From positions 64,978,001-65,042,000 of the forward strand of contig NC_058368.1 of assembly GCF_018350175.1 (NCBI RefSeq): a DNA stretch of 64,000 nt. Direction: 5' to 3'. Within the stretch, counting starts at the first letter, position 1; the number at the start of each line of letters is the position of its first letter. Made by a program: the position numbers and the translations under genes. The notes beneath the pieces were generated by a model. The model was not told the origin of the DNA and did not search any database. It saw nothing but the letters and a program-made list of their open reading frames with translations. Positions 1 to 11,230 of the stretch are shown here, in pieces. This DNA comes from Felis catus. Taxonomy: Eukaryota.

Positions 1-50
1 AACAAGAGTCAACTACTGATGAATGCATAAAGAAGATATGGGGAATACTC

Positions 51-98
<48 letters not shown>

Positions 99-489
99 AA
101 GCGAAATAAGTGTGTGTATAAGCGAAATGAGTCAGTCAGAAAAAAGACAAATACCATATGATTTCACTCATATGTGGAACTTAATAAACAAAACAGATAA
201 ACATAGGGGAAGGAGGAATAAAATAATATTAAAACAGAGAGGAGGCCAAACCATAAGAGACTCAATTATAGAGAACAAACTGTGGGTTGATTGAAGGAAG
301 TGAAGGAAGGATGTGCTAGATGGGTGATGGGTACTAAGGAGGGCATTCATTGGGATAAGCACTGGGTGTTCTATATAAGTGATGAATCACTAGATTCTAC
401 TACTGAAATAAATACTACACTATATGCTATATGCTAACTAACTTGAGTTTAAATAAAATATTGGGGAGAAAAAATAATAAATAAAATAT
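1..489 (+). mobile_element. Carnivore L1 3' end (end of ORF2, 3' UTR, A-rich tail), cut by the window edge
   Basis: L1 3' motif AGTCAGTCAGAAAAAAGACAAATACCATATGATTTCACTCATATGTGGAA, a G-rich 3' UTR and an AAATA-type tail. A (TG)n tract interrupts it. Confidence 0.9.
54..95. repeat. (TG)n microsatellite
   Basis: Direct reading, about 21 units. Confidence 0.98.
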
Positions 490-1869
490 GATAAAGGAGC
501 ATCCCCAGAGAATGCAAACTTGTGTCTTTAACTGCAATGCTATTCTGGATGGATTTTTATCATTGTGCTGAGCCTGAAAGAGTGCAGTTGTTTTATTTAG
601 TATTTAGTCTTATAACAATGTGAGGAAGAAAGTACTGGCTCTTTCAGAGTAATTAGCTGCATGTCCAGAACTTTGGACTGTCTACATTTCTTGGAAATAA
701 AAACAATAAAATATTTAATTTGATTGACTAAATCACATAAATCTAATTACCCCTAAATGATATTTTTCTCATAATTAAACTAATTAATTCTTTGCCATAA
801 TCTCAGTGCCAGTATGGTCACACTAGAATAAGAAAATCTTTAGTAGATAGGAGTCCAAATTTTCTAAATGATAAAAGTTCATTGTGCAGCCTCTCATCCA
901 AAATCTGCATATAGTCTATACAAAAGGAATTTCTTTTATAAGAAAAAGAATGATCAGATATTATATGCTGAAAATGGAAAATTTATGTTAAGTTCACCTG
1001 AATTCTATTCTCATTAAGTTCTCTTCCAGTGAATATAAGCATTTAAATTTATATAAAGATGTAGAGTGATACAAGGGGTAATTTTAATGAGATTTCCTGT
1101 TGCTCTCAATTCCTAGAAGCAGTTTTTATTTCAGCTTTATCATAGCAGTTATGCTTGTACAACCCTGATATAAAATGTCCTTCTTATTATAGCTTGACAT
1201 GGTAGCTCACCTATAAAGCCTACGTGTGAAATATTAATTTTTAGGTGGGTTGTACAAATATAACTGAAATATGCTAAGCATTTCTTAGTCTTCCAAGAAA
1301 TAAATGTGAAATAAAATAGTATTAAATCAACTATTAGTAACAGCCATATTATATTAACTAGCATAGCAGAACAAAGGTGAAAAGAGATTTGAAAAAAAAA
1401 AAAACTAAGCAAACAAGTATGTTTTCACTGTAAAGGAAATTCTTTGGGACTTCAAATAAAAATCACTCTATTTTATTTTGCATCATCCATGAAAGTTTTG
1501 CAACTAGAACCCAGTTGGTAATTACAGAACATTCTCATGAACACCATTGGTGCGTACTTGCCAAAGAGGCCACTAGAGAGGAGCAAACATTTGCTTCTGA
1601 CATGTCCCCACATCAATAAAGTATAATTTTCCCAAGATACTCCATTAGTCCAATTGCCTATTGCTTCCATAAGTATTAAAGGACTGAAGGAAAAAAAATT
1701 ACTATTTCTGAACAGATGTTTACTAATATATTCTTTAAAATTCTAAATATTACTAACACCTAAAATGAGAATAAATAAAGAAGGAAAAAGAACTAAGTGA
1801 ATGATGTGAATGATGCCTTCCTATGTCTTTCTCCATTTTTAAAATACTGAATATAAAGATCCTACTTTA

Positions 1870-1966
1870 GGTTAATCAGATCAAGATCTCCAGTGACAGG
1901 AGCGGAGTATTTGAAGTTGTATACTCTGGGTAAATGCTAATGCGCAGCTAAGGTTGAAATCAACTG
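1870..1966. mobile_element. MER5-like hAT-Charlie DNA transposon fragment
   Basis: Degenerate match to the MER5 end (GGTAAATGCTAATGCGCAGCTAAGGTTGAAATCAACTG). Confidence 0.5.
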
Positions 1967-2298
1967 GCAGAGTTACACAGGGTTTCCTAGAGCCCTTTAC
2001 CTCTTTTTATTGTTTTGAGCCCATAAGGAGTGGCTTCATGTCAATGACTGAACAATATGATACTATGGACAGAACAGGTCTCCCAGAGTAGAAGTTGAGA
2101 GAGAAAGGCACAAGATTAGGAAAATAAATCTCCAAAGTTACAAGGTTTTTGTTTACAATGTATTAATAATAACCACTGGGAGTCATTGCTGTGTGCAGGT
2201 CACTATGCTAAATGCTATATATGCACTGTCTCATTTCTCAAGCACTCATCAGTAATAAAGAGAAGAACTAATATGTAAGCTGGGTTGACATGATTCCA

Positions 2299-2525
2299 TT
2301 TTTTTTTTATTTTTTTTTTCAACGTTTTTTATTTATTTTTGGGACAGAGAGAGACAGAGCATGAATGGGGGAGGGGCAGAGAGAGAGGGAGACACAGAAT
2401 CGGAAGCAGGCTCCAGGCTCCGAGCCATCAGCCCAGAGCCTGATGCGGGGCTCGAACTCACGGACCGTGAGATCGTGACCTGGCTGAAGTCGGATGCTTA
2501 ACCGACTGCGCCACCCAGGCGCCCC
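2299..2525 (-). mobile_element. Young felid Can-SINE (SINEC_Fc)
   Basis: Reverse-complement head ...GCCACCCAGGCGCCCC, (GA)n tract and poly-T. Perfect TSD ACATGATTCCATTTTTT on both sides; many CpGs retained. Confidence 0.97.
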
Positions 2526-2998
2526 AACATGATTCCATTTTTTAAGTGTTAACCATTCTACTTCAGTACAGTATTTCTCAAATAGGAAGGTAGAACACTG
2601 GAAAAATCCATGGATGATTAGTCATCAGGCTGTAATTCACTGTAAAGTTGATTTTTTGAGTAAATATTTTATGTCAGTTTGTGTCAATGTCCATATTCAT
2701 TCTGAATCACCTGGAAAACTGCTTAATAATCAAATCTAAGCCACCAATATCAATATTAACATTTGTGTTTAGAATGACATTGAAAAATAGTTCTTACTTG
2801 CCCATCTGTAATGAACAAGAAACAGAGTGACTAAAAATGTAAATGTCTGATCCCAATAGGCAAAGGCCAATTTCATCATGGTTCACAGTAAAAATGAATA
2901 GTGGATATAAATGCGCAAAGTGAAATTGGCACGTGAATGAATCACATGACATAAAAAAAAATGAGCATGCCTAAATCAGAACTTGTACTATTGCCATC

Positions 2999-3385
2999 TG
3001 TATTAGTCAAGATTCTTCAGAGAAACAACCAGCAGGCTATATAGAGATTTATTATAAGGAATTGGCTCACACAATTATGGAGACGGACAAATCCTAAGAT
3101 CTGCTGAGTAAGGTGGTAAGTGGGAGGCTCAGGAGAGCCAATGGTGTAGTTCTAGTCCAATTCTGAAGGGCAAAGAATCAGGATATAGTTTCTACGATAT
3201 AGTTTCAGACTGTAAGCTAGCAGGTTTGACACCCAGAATGTGCTGACATTTCATTTCTAGTCTAAAGGCAGAAAAAAGTCATGTCCAGTTCAAAGGCAGT
3301 GGAAAGAAAGAATTCTCTCTTAGGGAAGAGTAAGCCTTATTGTTCTTTTCAGGCCTTCAGCTGATTGAGGCCCACCTTCACTGTA
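2999..3385 (-). mobile_element. MLT2 3' LTR, truncated at its inner end
   Basis: Starts TGTATTAGTCAAGATTCTTCAGAGAAACA and is homologous to the LTR at 6592-7084. Confidence 0.88.
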
Positions 3386-4534
3386 ACAGAGTAGGTATGA
3401 AGTACTCATGACAATTACAGTTTTTGTTCCTATACATGTCATGTAGTCATAGCTGTTATTTATAACTACCTTCTCCCTTTCTCAATTTTACATTCCTTTT
3501 GCCTTCAGTAAGTACATCCTGGTCATGGTTCATTACCTGGTAGATGACCCAAACCATCATTCCTGAAGGGTCTAGTCCTGCCTGGATTGAGTTATCATAG
3601 TTGTCCATTGACCTTAATCATAGGATATGGTAATACCAAGTGATGCCCTGAGCTAGGCCAATAGGGACGACTTCCCTTCACCATTGTCTTTCAGGGATGT
3701 CCCAAAAAGAGACTGTAATGCTACAGCTGTTTATTTTAGGGTGGTGCTTGCACAAACTGTCAAGCTATCTGTATATCAGCCCAAGTTCTTCTCTTTCTCT
3801 GCCAACTGATCATAGGCTACTTCCCATAAAACCATTGGTGCAGGCTGGGAGAAAAAAGGCAGTGTAACACGAGTAGAGACAATGAGCATTTGGGTGGGCC
3901 ACTTCTTAATGTAACCTACTGTGGTTTCAAGTCCTGCTCAGGACCAGTCACATAAATGCCCCCCTCCATTTGATGACGGAGTGCTGCTTTGCACACAGAA
4001 TTTTATAGCTAGGTGGGTTAGATAGCACCCAGTTTGTGTTGTGCAGTTCAGGTTGCATGGTAAGTTAGTGATCTTGGGCTAAGTGTTCAGTCTCCACTAA
4101 GGTCCAGCAGCAGGCCAAGAGCTGTTTCTCAAAAGAAGAGTCATTACCTACAGAGCACTGCACAATTTGCTTCAAAATCCTAAAGGTCTGCACTGTGATT
4201 CACCTACAGGGATACCACTGACATTTCAGGCACCATTAGATCTGCTGGATCATATGGCCCAACTGACAGAGTAGTTTGCATGGCAGCCTAGATCCTTCTA
4301 TTATTCTGGACGCTACTCAAAACTAGCAGCTTATACATCATTTGGCAAATATGTAAGAATAACACACTGAGGAGTATGTTGCCTCTAAAATACAAAGAGA
4401 CTCACCAGACATTGATCCTCTTTTTTGGTTGAAGGAGGGGCCAGATAAAACAACATAGCTTTCCCCTTAGAAGGGATACCTTGACATACCCCTTACCACT
4501 GAACCTTTAGAAATGAGGTAGAAGGCCCCTGTAC

Positions 4535-4596
4535 TTTTGTCATATTATTTTGTCATATTATTTCTTTTTGTCATATTATTTTGTCATATTATTTCT
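4535..4596. repeat. Higher-order tandem repeat: 13-mer TTTTGTCATATTA x4, arranged as 2 x 31 bp
   Basis: Direct reading. Confidence 0.95.
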
Positions 4597-6562
4597 TACA
4601 CTTTGTCATGCAAATGTCTTACCAGCAGGTCTAGAGCGGTTGCTACTTCTCACTAGGTCCAGTCAGCATAATGTCACTGGTGTAATGAACCAATGTGGTA
4701 CTTTGTGGAAGGGGAAGAGAATCTATATCACTTAAACAAAATTATGACATTGAGCTAGAGGGTTGATATACCTCTAAGGTAGCACAGTGAAGGTATATTG
4801 CTCACCTTGCCAGCTGAAAACAAACTGCTTCTGGTAGTTCTTATTGACAGGGATGGAGAAAAAAGCAGTTGCCAGATCAATAGCTGTACCAGGTACCAGG
4901 AGATGTATTAATTAGCTCGAGTAATAAAATCACATCTGGTACAGCAACTACAATTAAATTCACCATTTGATTGTGTTTATAACAATCCACTGTCATTCTC
5001 CAAGATTCATCTGTCCTCTACAAAGTTGAATAGGGATGTTTTGGGAAATACCATGCCTTTATTTTCCAAGTCCTTGACAGTGCACTGATCTCTGCAATCC
5101 CTCCAAACATTTTATTTCACTATTGTCCTTCATTGAGATAGTTCTAGTGATTTCCACTTGGACTTTCCCACCATAGTAGCCCTTATTCCTTGGATCTGGG
5201 AACCAACATGGGGACCCTGCCATCTTCTGAATATGTCTATTCCAGTTATGAATTCCAAAACTGGGCAAGTACATACAGGAGGCTTGTTGTGAGAAGAACC
5301 TAACCTAAAACCCATTGATCATCTGATCTCCATAAGCCTCTACTGTAGCAGAGCAGAGTAACCTTGTGAGTCTCCTGGAATCCGTGTCAGTTCAGAATTA
5401 GTATCTAAGAGGACCTAAGAGATCTGATTTTCTTTCCCTTGATGCACATTTACCCTAGTAAATGGCTATATGTCTCTCTAGAAAATGTTTAGTATTAAGA
5501 GTATAAATTTTGGCAGTGTACAGAGATCAAGGGCACCTGGCCTCCCCTTCATTCAAGGGGTTCTGAATCTGTAAACTGGCTTATGTCTAGGAATTGCTTG
5601 AAGAGACATGTCTCTGTGTTTATGATTTGGGTTAGATTTTTGTTCACTTCACCTAGATTTTTTCGTACTTCTAAGCATCAAGTAAGAATTTGGTAAACTT
5701 CCCATTTATTTCACTTTTAATAACACCATGATTAATTAGCCAACACCATAAGTCTGCATGAGTCAGAATGTTCTAATTGCTGCTTTGACTCTGCTTTTTA
5801 TTATAGTGAGGTAACCACACCCACCTGCCTTTAGTGATGAGTGCCACCTCTTGGCCCTTTCCACCCTAGGATCTAAATACTCGTATTGCATTTAGGTTTC
5901 CTAGTTCAATGATCTCATTTCCCACTGTAAGGACTGGCCTGCAAAGAAGAGCAATCATCGATCTCTTCAAGGATGCTGGGGCTCCCCTCACTATTTTTTA
6001 CAGTCATGGCCAAAGTGTGTCTTCTGGACCCCCTCAGGGTAGATAAATAAGTCTTAAATGACAAATGCACTAACACTCCAGTCTCTCTAAACCTTTGAAT
6101 CCCTTTCTCTCCATTAAACCGAGGCCTGTCAGACATTTCTAACTCAAACTTAGCTCTGTAGCTACAGGAGATAATAATCTCCTTCAGACCTCAGGAAGAA
6201 GCTTTCAGGTCATTTACACAGCACTTGAAGTAGGAATTCAAATCCCTGAGTTCATTCTTTTCTTTCCCCACTTTGTCCAGCAATACTAGGACAACCAGGC
6301 AATCTCATTCTATCATTAGCTTGACAAAAATGTTCACAAGTATCATAAAGACAGTTACCCAGACCCTTGCTGCTTATAAGTAATCAGTTAGGACTATCCA
6401 ATGGAAATATGTTATATATCTCTATCGCCAGATCATGCCAAGGACTATTGCTGCTCTCTTTACCACTGGAAACAGAGTCTTAGCACCTTTAAATCTAATC
6501 ACGTTAGATAATTAATTCTAGAAACACCAGAAGTAATTCAGAAAATTCATCAAAATTCTGCT

Positions 6563-6591
6563 CCTCTAAAACCACTCTTGATACCAATACC
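6563..6591 (-). other. Degenerate ERV-L primer-binding-site region
   Basis: Minus strand reads GGTATTGGTATCAAGAGTGGTTTTAGAGG immediately after the 5' LTR, resembling the ERV-L leader. Confidence 0.7.
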
Positions 6592-7084
6592 TGTATTGCT
6601 TCAGGTTCTCCAGAGAAACAAAACCAATAGGCTGTATATATGTACATATGACAATATTTTTTGTTATTATAAGCAATAGATTCACCTAAGTACTCTCAAA
6701 TCTGCATGGGAGTCAGCAAGCCAGAGATCCAGGAGAGCCAATGGTATAGTTCCAATCCAAAAGCTAGCAAGCTAAAGAACCAGGAAGAGCTCATGTTTTA
6801 GTTTGAATCCAAAGGCAAGGAAAGTCAATGCCCCAGTTCAACAGCAGTCAGACAGGAAGAATTCTCTCTTACTTGGGAGAGGATCTGACTTTTTGTTCTA
6901 GTCAGGCCTTCAACTGATTGGATGAGGCCCCCACACAACAGCAAACAATCAGCTCTCATCAGTCTATCCATTTAAATGTTAATCTTATCCAAAACACCTA
7001 CACAGAAACACCAAAAATAATGTTTGACAAACATCTGGGCAGCCTGTGACCCAGTTAAGTTGATACATAAAATTAACCATCATA
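6592..7084 (-). mobile_element. MLT2 5' LTR, complete
   Basis: TGTATTGCTTCAGGTTCTCCAGAGAAACA ... AGTTGATACATAAAATTAACCATCATA, the reverse complement of MLT2 termini. Confidence 0.92.
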
Positions 7085-7149
7085 CCATCTGTAAGTATTC
7101 ACAGTATAGTTGGAATGTAGAGTTGAGAGGACCAAAGCATCCATCACAT

Positions 7150-7513
7150 TAATTTAATGATAATCTTAATGTTAATTTCATCATCGTTTAATGTGTAATA
7201 TTGTTTTAGCTTTACATCATAAGAGTTTGTATATAGTTGTGTAGTTATATATAATATTATAAATTAATATAAATTTATTATATTATTAATATTATTAATA
7301 TTATTAATATTATTATTAATATAAATTAATAATATTAATATTATATTATTAATATAAATTAATATTAAATTATTAATATAAATTTATAATTTAATGATAA
7401 TCTTAATGTTAATTTCATCATCGTTTAATGTGTAATACTGTTTTAGCTTTACATCATAAGAGTTTGTATATAGTTGTGTAGTTATATATAATATTATAAA
7501 TTAATATAAATTT
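7150..7513. repeat. 127-bp direct duplication separated by a 110-bp A/T-only spacer
   Basis: 7150-7276 matches 7387-7513 with one mismatch seen (7201 T vs 7438 C). Confidence 0.95.
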
Positions 7514-8661
7514 CTAAAATGGAGATATGACCAAATAATTTTTCTGTTTAAAATTGGCCATAAGTTTCATAGGCAAGATTGAGAGACCATCTTACATAGA
7601 AAGACAGCCATTGTCTCCAGATAATAATTTAATGAAGTATAGATTTTGTTTGGGAGATACATTTGGTGTTGGGTATGGGATTCATTTTTTCCTTAATTGA
7701 ATCCTGTTGCTGCAGTGGTTTTTGAGATCCTGCCTGGCACCCACTATACTGCTCTATTTATGCACAGAATGAGTTGAGAATAGAATACCAGCATCCCAGA
7801 TCTTGATCTTGTCAGTTGGTGTTACAGCTTTAGTATTCCATAAACAAGCTAATATTAGTGAGAATGTTATGAGAGACCTTTATCATGTGCATAATGTGTA
7901 CCATCTGGTTGGAAGTGACAGTCTTCATACAATAAATTTGGTTTAATTCACATCAGATAACTTCTAGATGCTTTATCTGCACAAACTGCTGAAATTTTGC
8001 TTCACATATCCAAGGAAATTTTTGAAAACAGAAGTGTGCAACTTTTTTTGAGGAGGTATATGTACTATAAATTATTTAAAAATAAAAAGTGTATCTTAAC
8101 ATCTTTCTTTTCTTTAATACCTTTGTCACCATTCCTACTCATGACGTATTAATTGTTGGAGTTAGAACCATATGGCTCACACTTGGTCCCATATGCAGAG
8201 GTAGTGTGATACTGTAAAACTGCTTGGAGGTGCTCATGAAAAATCATTTCCCTCTGGTCCCAATTTACTCATGTTCCATTGTGCAGCATCCTCCAATCTC
8301 ACCTCCAAGGACATGTTCTCTCTGGATTTTGTGCTTTGAAATATTTCCCCCACCTCATTCTGTGTTGAAGTTGACCCTTCCTCAGGGTAACACCCATCAC
8401 TTAGAGACTCAATTTCCTTTTTTACATCCCAATACTCTTGAAAATAATAGATTTCATTTTGCACAAATGTCTCATACACTCTTACAAGTCAGGAAGCAGT
8501 TTCATGGGAAATGGGTAGGAACGCTTAATTTACCTAAAATTCTTTGGAAAAAATGCCTTCTAAATACAATACCAGAGACACAATCCACAGAAAGAAATAA
8601 TTGATAGGGTAGATTGCATTGAAATTAAAAGCTTCTGTTACAGTTATAAGACGAATAAGTT

Positions 8662-8862
8662 GGGGCGCTGGGTGGCTCAGTTTATTGAGTGTCTGACTCT
8701 TGGTTTTGGCTCAGGTCATGGTCTCATGGTTCATGAGTTCTAGCCCTGCCTCAGGCTCTGTGCCTGAGATTCTCTCTGTCTCTCTATATGCCCCTCCCCC
8801 CCCCCACACACACTCTTTCTCAAAATAAATAAACTTAAAAGAAATGTGGTTATATTTTTAAA
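8662..8862 (+). mobile_element. Can-SINE
   Basis: GGGGCGCTGGGTGGCTCAG head, CT tract, AATAAA tail; TSD approx. AAGAYGAATAAGTT. Confidence 0.92.
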
Positions 8863-9651
8863 AAGATGAATAAGTTCTGAAAATTAAGTGCATTGCATTT
8901 GTGCAAATCACAGCATGTGATTTAAAAAAAATAAATAAAACTTTTACTCTCCAAAGGACAATATCAGGAGAATGAAAAGACATGCCACAGACTGGGAAAA
9001 AATATTAAAGAAAAAAAAACCTCTGACAAAGAACGGCTATCCAAATTATGTGAAGAACGCTTAAAACTAAACAGTAAGAATACAGGTAACCCGATTTAAA
9101 AATAGGCCAAGGATCTTAAGAGATACCTCACCAAAGAAGATATATGGACAACAAATAAGCCTCTGAAAAGATGTTCGCATAATAAGCCATCAAGAAAATT
9201 CAAATTAAAACAATGAGATACCACCACACACCTATTTGAAAGGCCCAAATCTGGAACAGTGATGACACCAAATATTGGCAAGGTGGTAAATCAACAGGAA
9301 ATCTCATCCACTGCTGGTGGGAATGCATAATGGTATAGCTACTTTGGAAGACTGCTTAGCAGTTTTTTACAAAGTTAAACAGACACTTAGCATAAGATCT
9401 ACCAGTCAAGCTCTTGGTATTTACCCAAAAGAGTTGAAAACTTATGCTCATACCTAAACCTATACAAGGATGCTGATAGCAGGTTCTTTTATAATTGCCA
9501 GATTTTGAAAGCAACCAAAATGTGTTACAATAGGTGAATAAGTAAACTGTGGTACTAGCAGACAATGAGTATTTATTCAACACTAAAAACAAATGAGTCA
9601 TTCAGCCATGAAAAGTCACAGAGAAAATTTAAATAAATAAAAAATAATATA

Positions 9652-9868
9652 CATTTAAATGTTTTAATGTTTGCTTATTTTTGCAAGACAGAGACGAGCG
9701 TGAGCAGCAGAGGGGCAGAAAGAGAGAGGGAGACACAGAATCTGAAGCAGGCTCCAGGCTCTGAGCTGTCAGCACAAAGCTCAACGCTGGGCTCGAACTC
9801 ATGAGCCATGAGATCATGACCTGAGCCAAAAGTCAGATGCTTAACCAACTGAAACTCCCAGGCACCCC
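9652..9868 (-). mobile_element. Can-SINE
   Basis: Reverse-complement SINE ending CCCAGGCACCCC. Confidence 0.93.
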
Positions 9869-9879
9869 TAAGTGTATAT

Positions 9880-10066
9880 TATTTTTTATTTTGAGAGAGA
9901 GAGAGAGAAAGAGGGAGAGAGAGAGAGAGAGAGAGGTTATCTCAAGCAGGCTCCATGCTGCTGACACAGAGCCCATTATGTGACTCAATCCCATGAACTG
10001 TGAGACCATGACCTGAGCCAAAATCAAGAGCCAGACACTTAACAGACTGAGTTACCCAGGTGCCCC
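9880..10066 (-). mobile_element. Can-SINE, older type, adjacent to the previous copy
   Basis: Ends CCCAGGTGCCCC; TGTATATTATT repeated on both flanks. Confidence 0.92.
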
Positions 10067-11079
10067 TTACATGTATATTATTAAGAGAAAGGAGGCAATT
10101 TGAAAATGCTACATTCTGTATGATTCCAAGTATATGACATTCCAGAAAAGGCAAAACTATGAAGACAATTAAAAAGATCAATGGTTTCCAGCAGTATGGT
10201 GGATAAGGATGAATAGTTAGATGAATAGATGAATAGAGGATCTTTAGGGAGTGAAACTACTCTATATGTTATTATAATGAGGGATATATGTCGTTATACA
10301 TTTGTCCAAACCCAAAGAATGTAAAATGACAAAGTGAACTTTAAGATAAAAGTTTTAGGTGATTATAATGCTTTGATATAAGTTTATCCTTGGTGGGGAA
10401 AAAAAAGCCCCCCTTAAGTGAGTGATGTTGGTAATGAGGGAGTCTATGCATGTGGGGAGTAAAGGGCATATGGAAAATCTCTGTACCTTCTTTTCAATTT
10501 TGTTATGCACCTAAAATCATTCTAAAAATTAAAGTCTTAAAAAAACCTGTGAGACGAAGGTGAGCATTTGTCTTTATAGGAAAATGCAGAGCTTGGGTGT
10601 GTTGTATTGAAGGTTTGCTTTTTGTTTGTGGCTATTTAGGCCAGGATTTTGCATAAATTTATTTATGCAAAAACATTTATCAAGTGCCAGTGACATAGGG
10701 GGATCATCCTATACATTAACTAAATAATCACCTTTGCTAAACTTTGAAATTTAAGAGCATATGTATGTATGTATGCAATTGAATGATCTTTATAATAACA
10801 ATTCTTTGATGATAGAGAATATTCTAATTTATTGGGGTCCTATTTAATGTCATACAACATCTGAATGGCTTTTCTAATAGTGAAGGCAATTTGTTCTATG
10901 GCAGAGAGTCCCCTTACCAGGCCTTGGCTGGGAGTCAGGAGTCTGGCATCCTATTTCTGGCTCTGTTGGCTACTGGAAACTTTGCTGTTCAATTTACTTT
11001 GCCTGCCTCAACCTCTAATATTCAAATAATACCCATATTCCTGTCCACGTAAAAAATTACAAAATGTGTTCATATTGAT

Positions 11080-11230
11080 GACTTCATTTAACTTTTATAT
11101 CCATCCTGGGAGAAGGCATTATTATCATGTAAATGATACCGACGAAGAAACTGAATCTCAATGAGCATGAATTTGTAAGATCTGTGGGTCTTGACCCAGC
11201 TTCCTTCTGTCCTCCATTGCCTTCTAGCAT
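11080..11230 (-). mobile_element. MIR fragment
   Basis: Degenerate core CGACGAAGAAACTGAATCTCA. Confidence 0.55.

Larger units (their letters stand above)
2999..7084 (-). mobile_element. ERV-L provirus with two MLT2 LTRs, internally deleted and non-coding
   Basis: LTRs at 2999-~3385 and 6592-7084; TSD CCATC at 2994-2998 and 7085-7089. Minus-strand remnants resemble ERV-L gag (PRFNGEKGIQRFRETG) and pro/pol (PVLEFITGIDIFRRWQGPHVGS...MVGKSKWKSLEL). Confidence 0.93.
8540..10545 (+). mobile_element. Old L1 (L1MC-like) ORF2 3' part and 3' UTR, interrupted by three SINEs
   Basis: ORF2-type sequence (GAATGAAAAGACATGCCACAGACTGGG; AAAACAATGAGATACCACCACACACCTAT) and an L1MC-type 3' end GGAAAATCTCTGTACCTTC...TCTAAAAATTAAAGTC. 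Confidence 0.88.

Noticed and set aside
5059..6136. Minus-strand ORFs with retroviral-like peptides as a domesticated gene
   Set aside because: They are short frameshifted fragments of decayed ERV-L gag/pol with no continuous frame.
4535..7513. Repeat-spacer patterns as CRISPR-like arrays
   Set aside because: This is mammalian DNA; the repeats are tandem or two-copy, with no unique regular spacers and no cas genes.
8224..8604. Longest ORF (126 aa, +) and the overlapping 81-aa minus ORF, which superficially resembles a KRAB-ZNF linker
   Set aside because: No zinc-finger or TGEKP repeats or KRAB box nearby, no recognisable domain, non-ATG starts, and the + ORF runs into an L1. Treated as chance.
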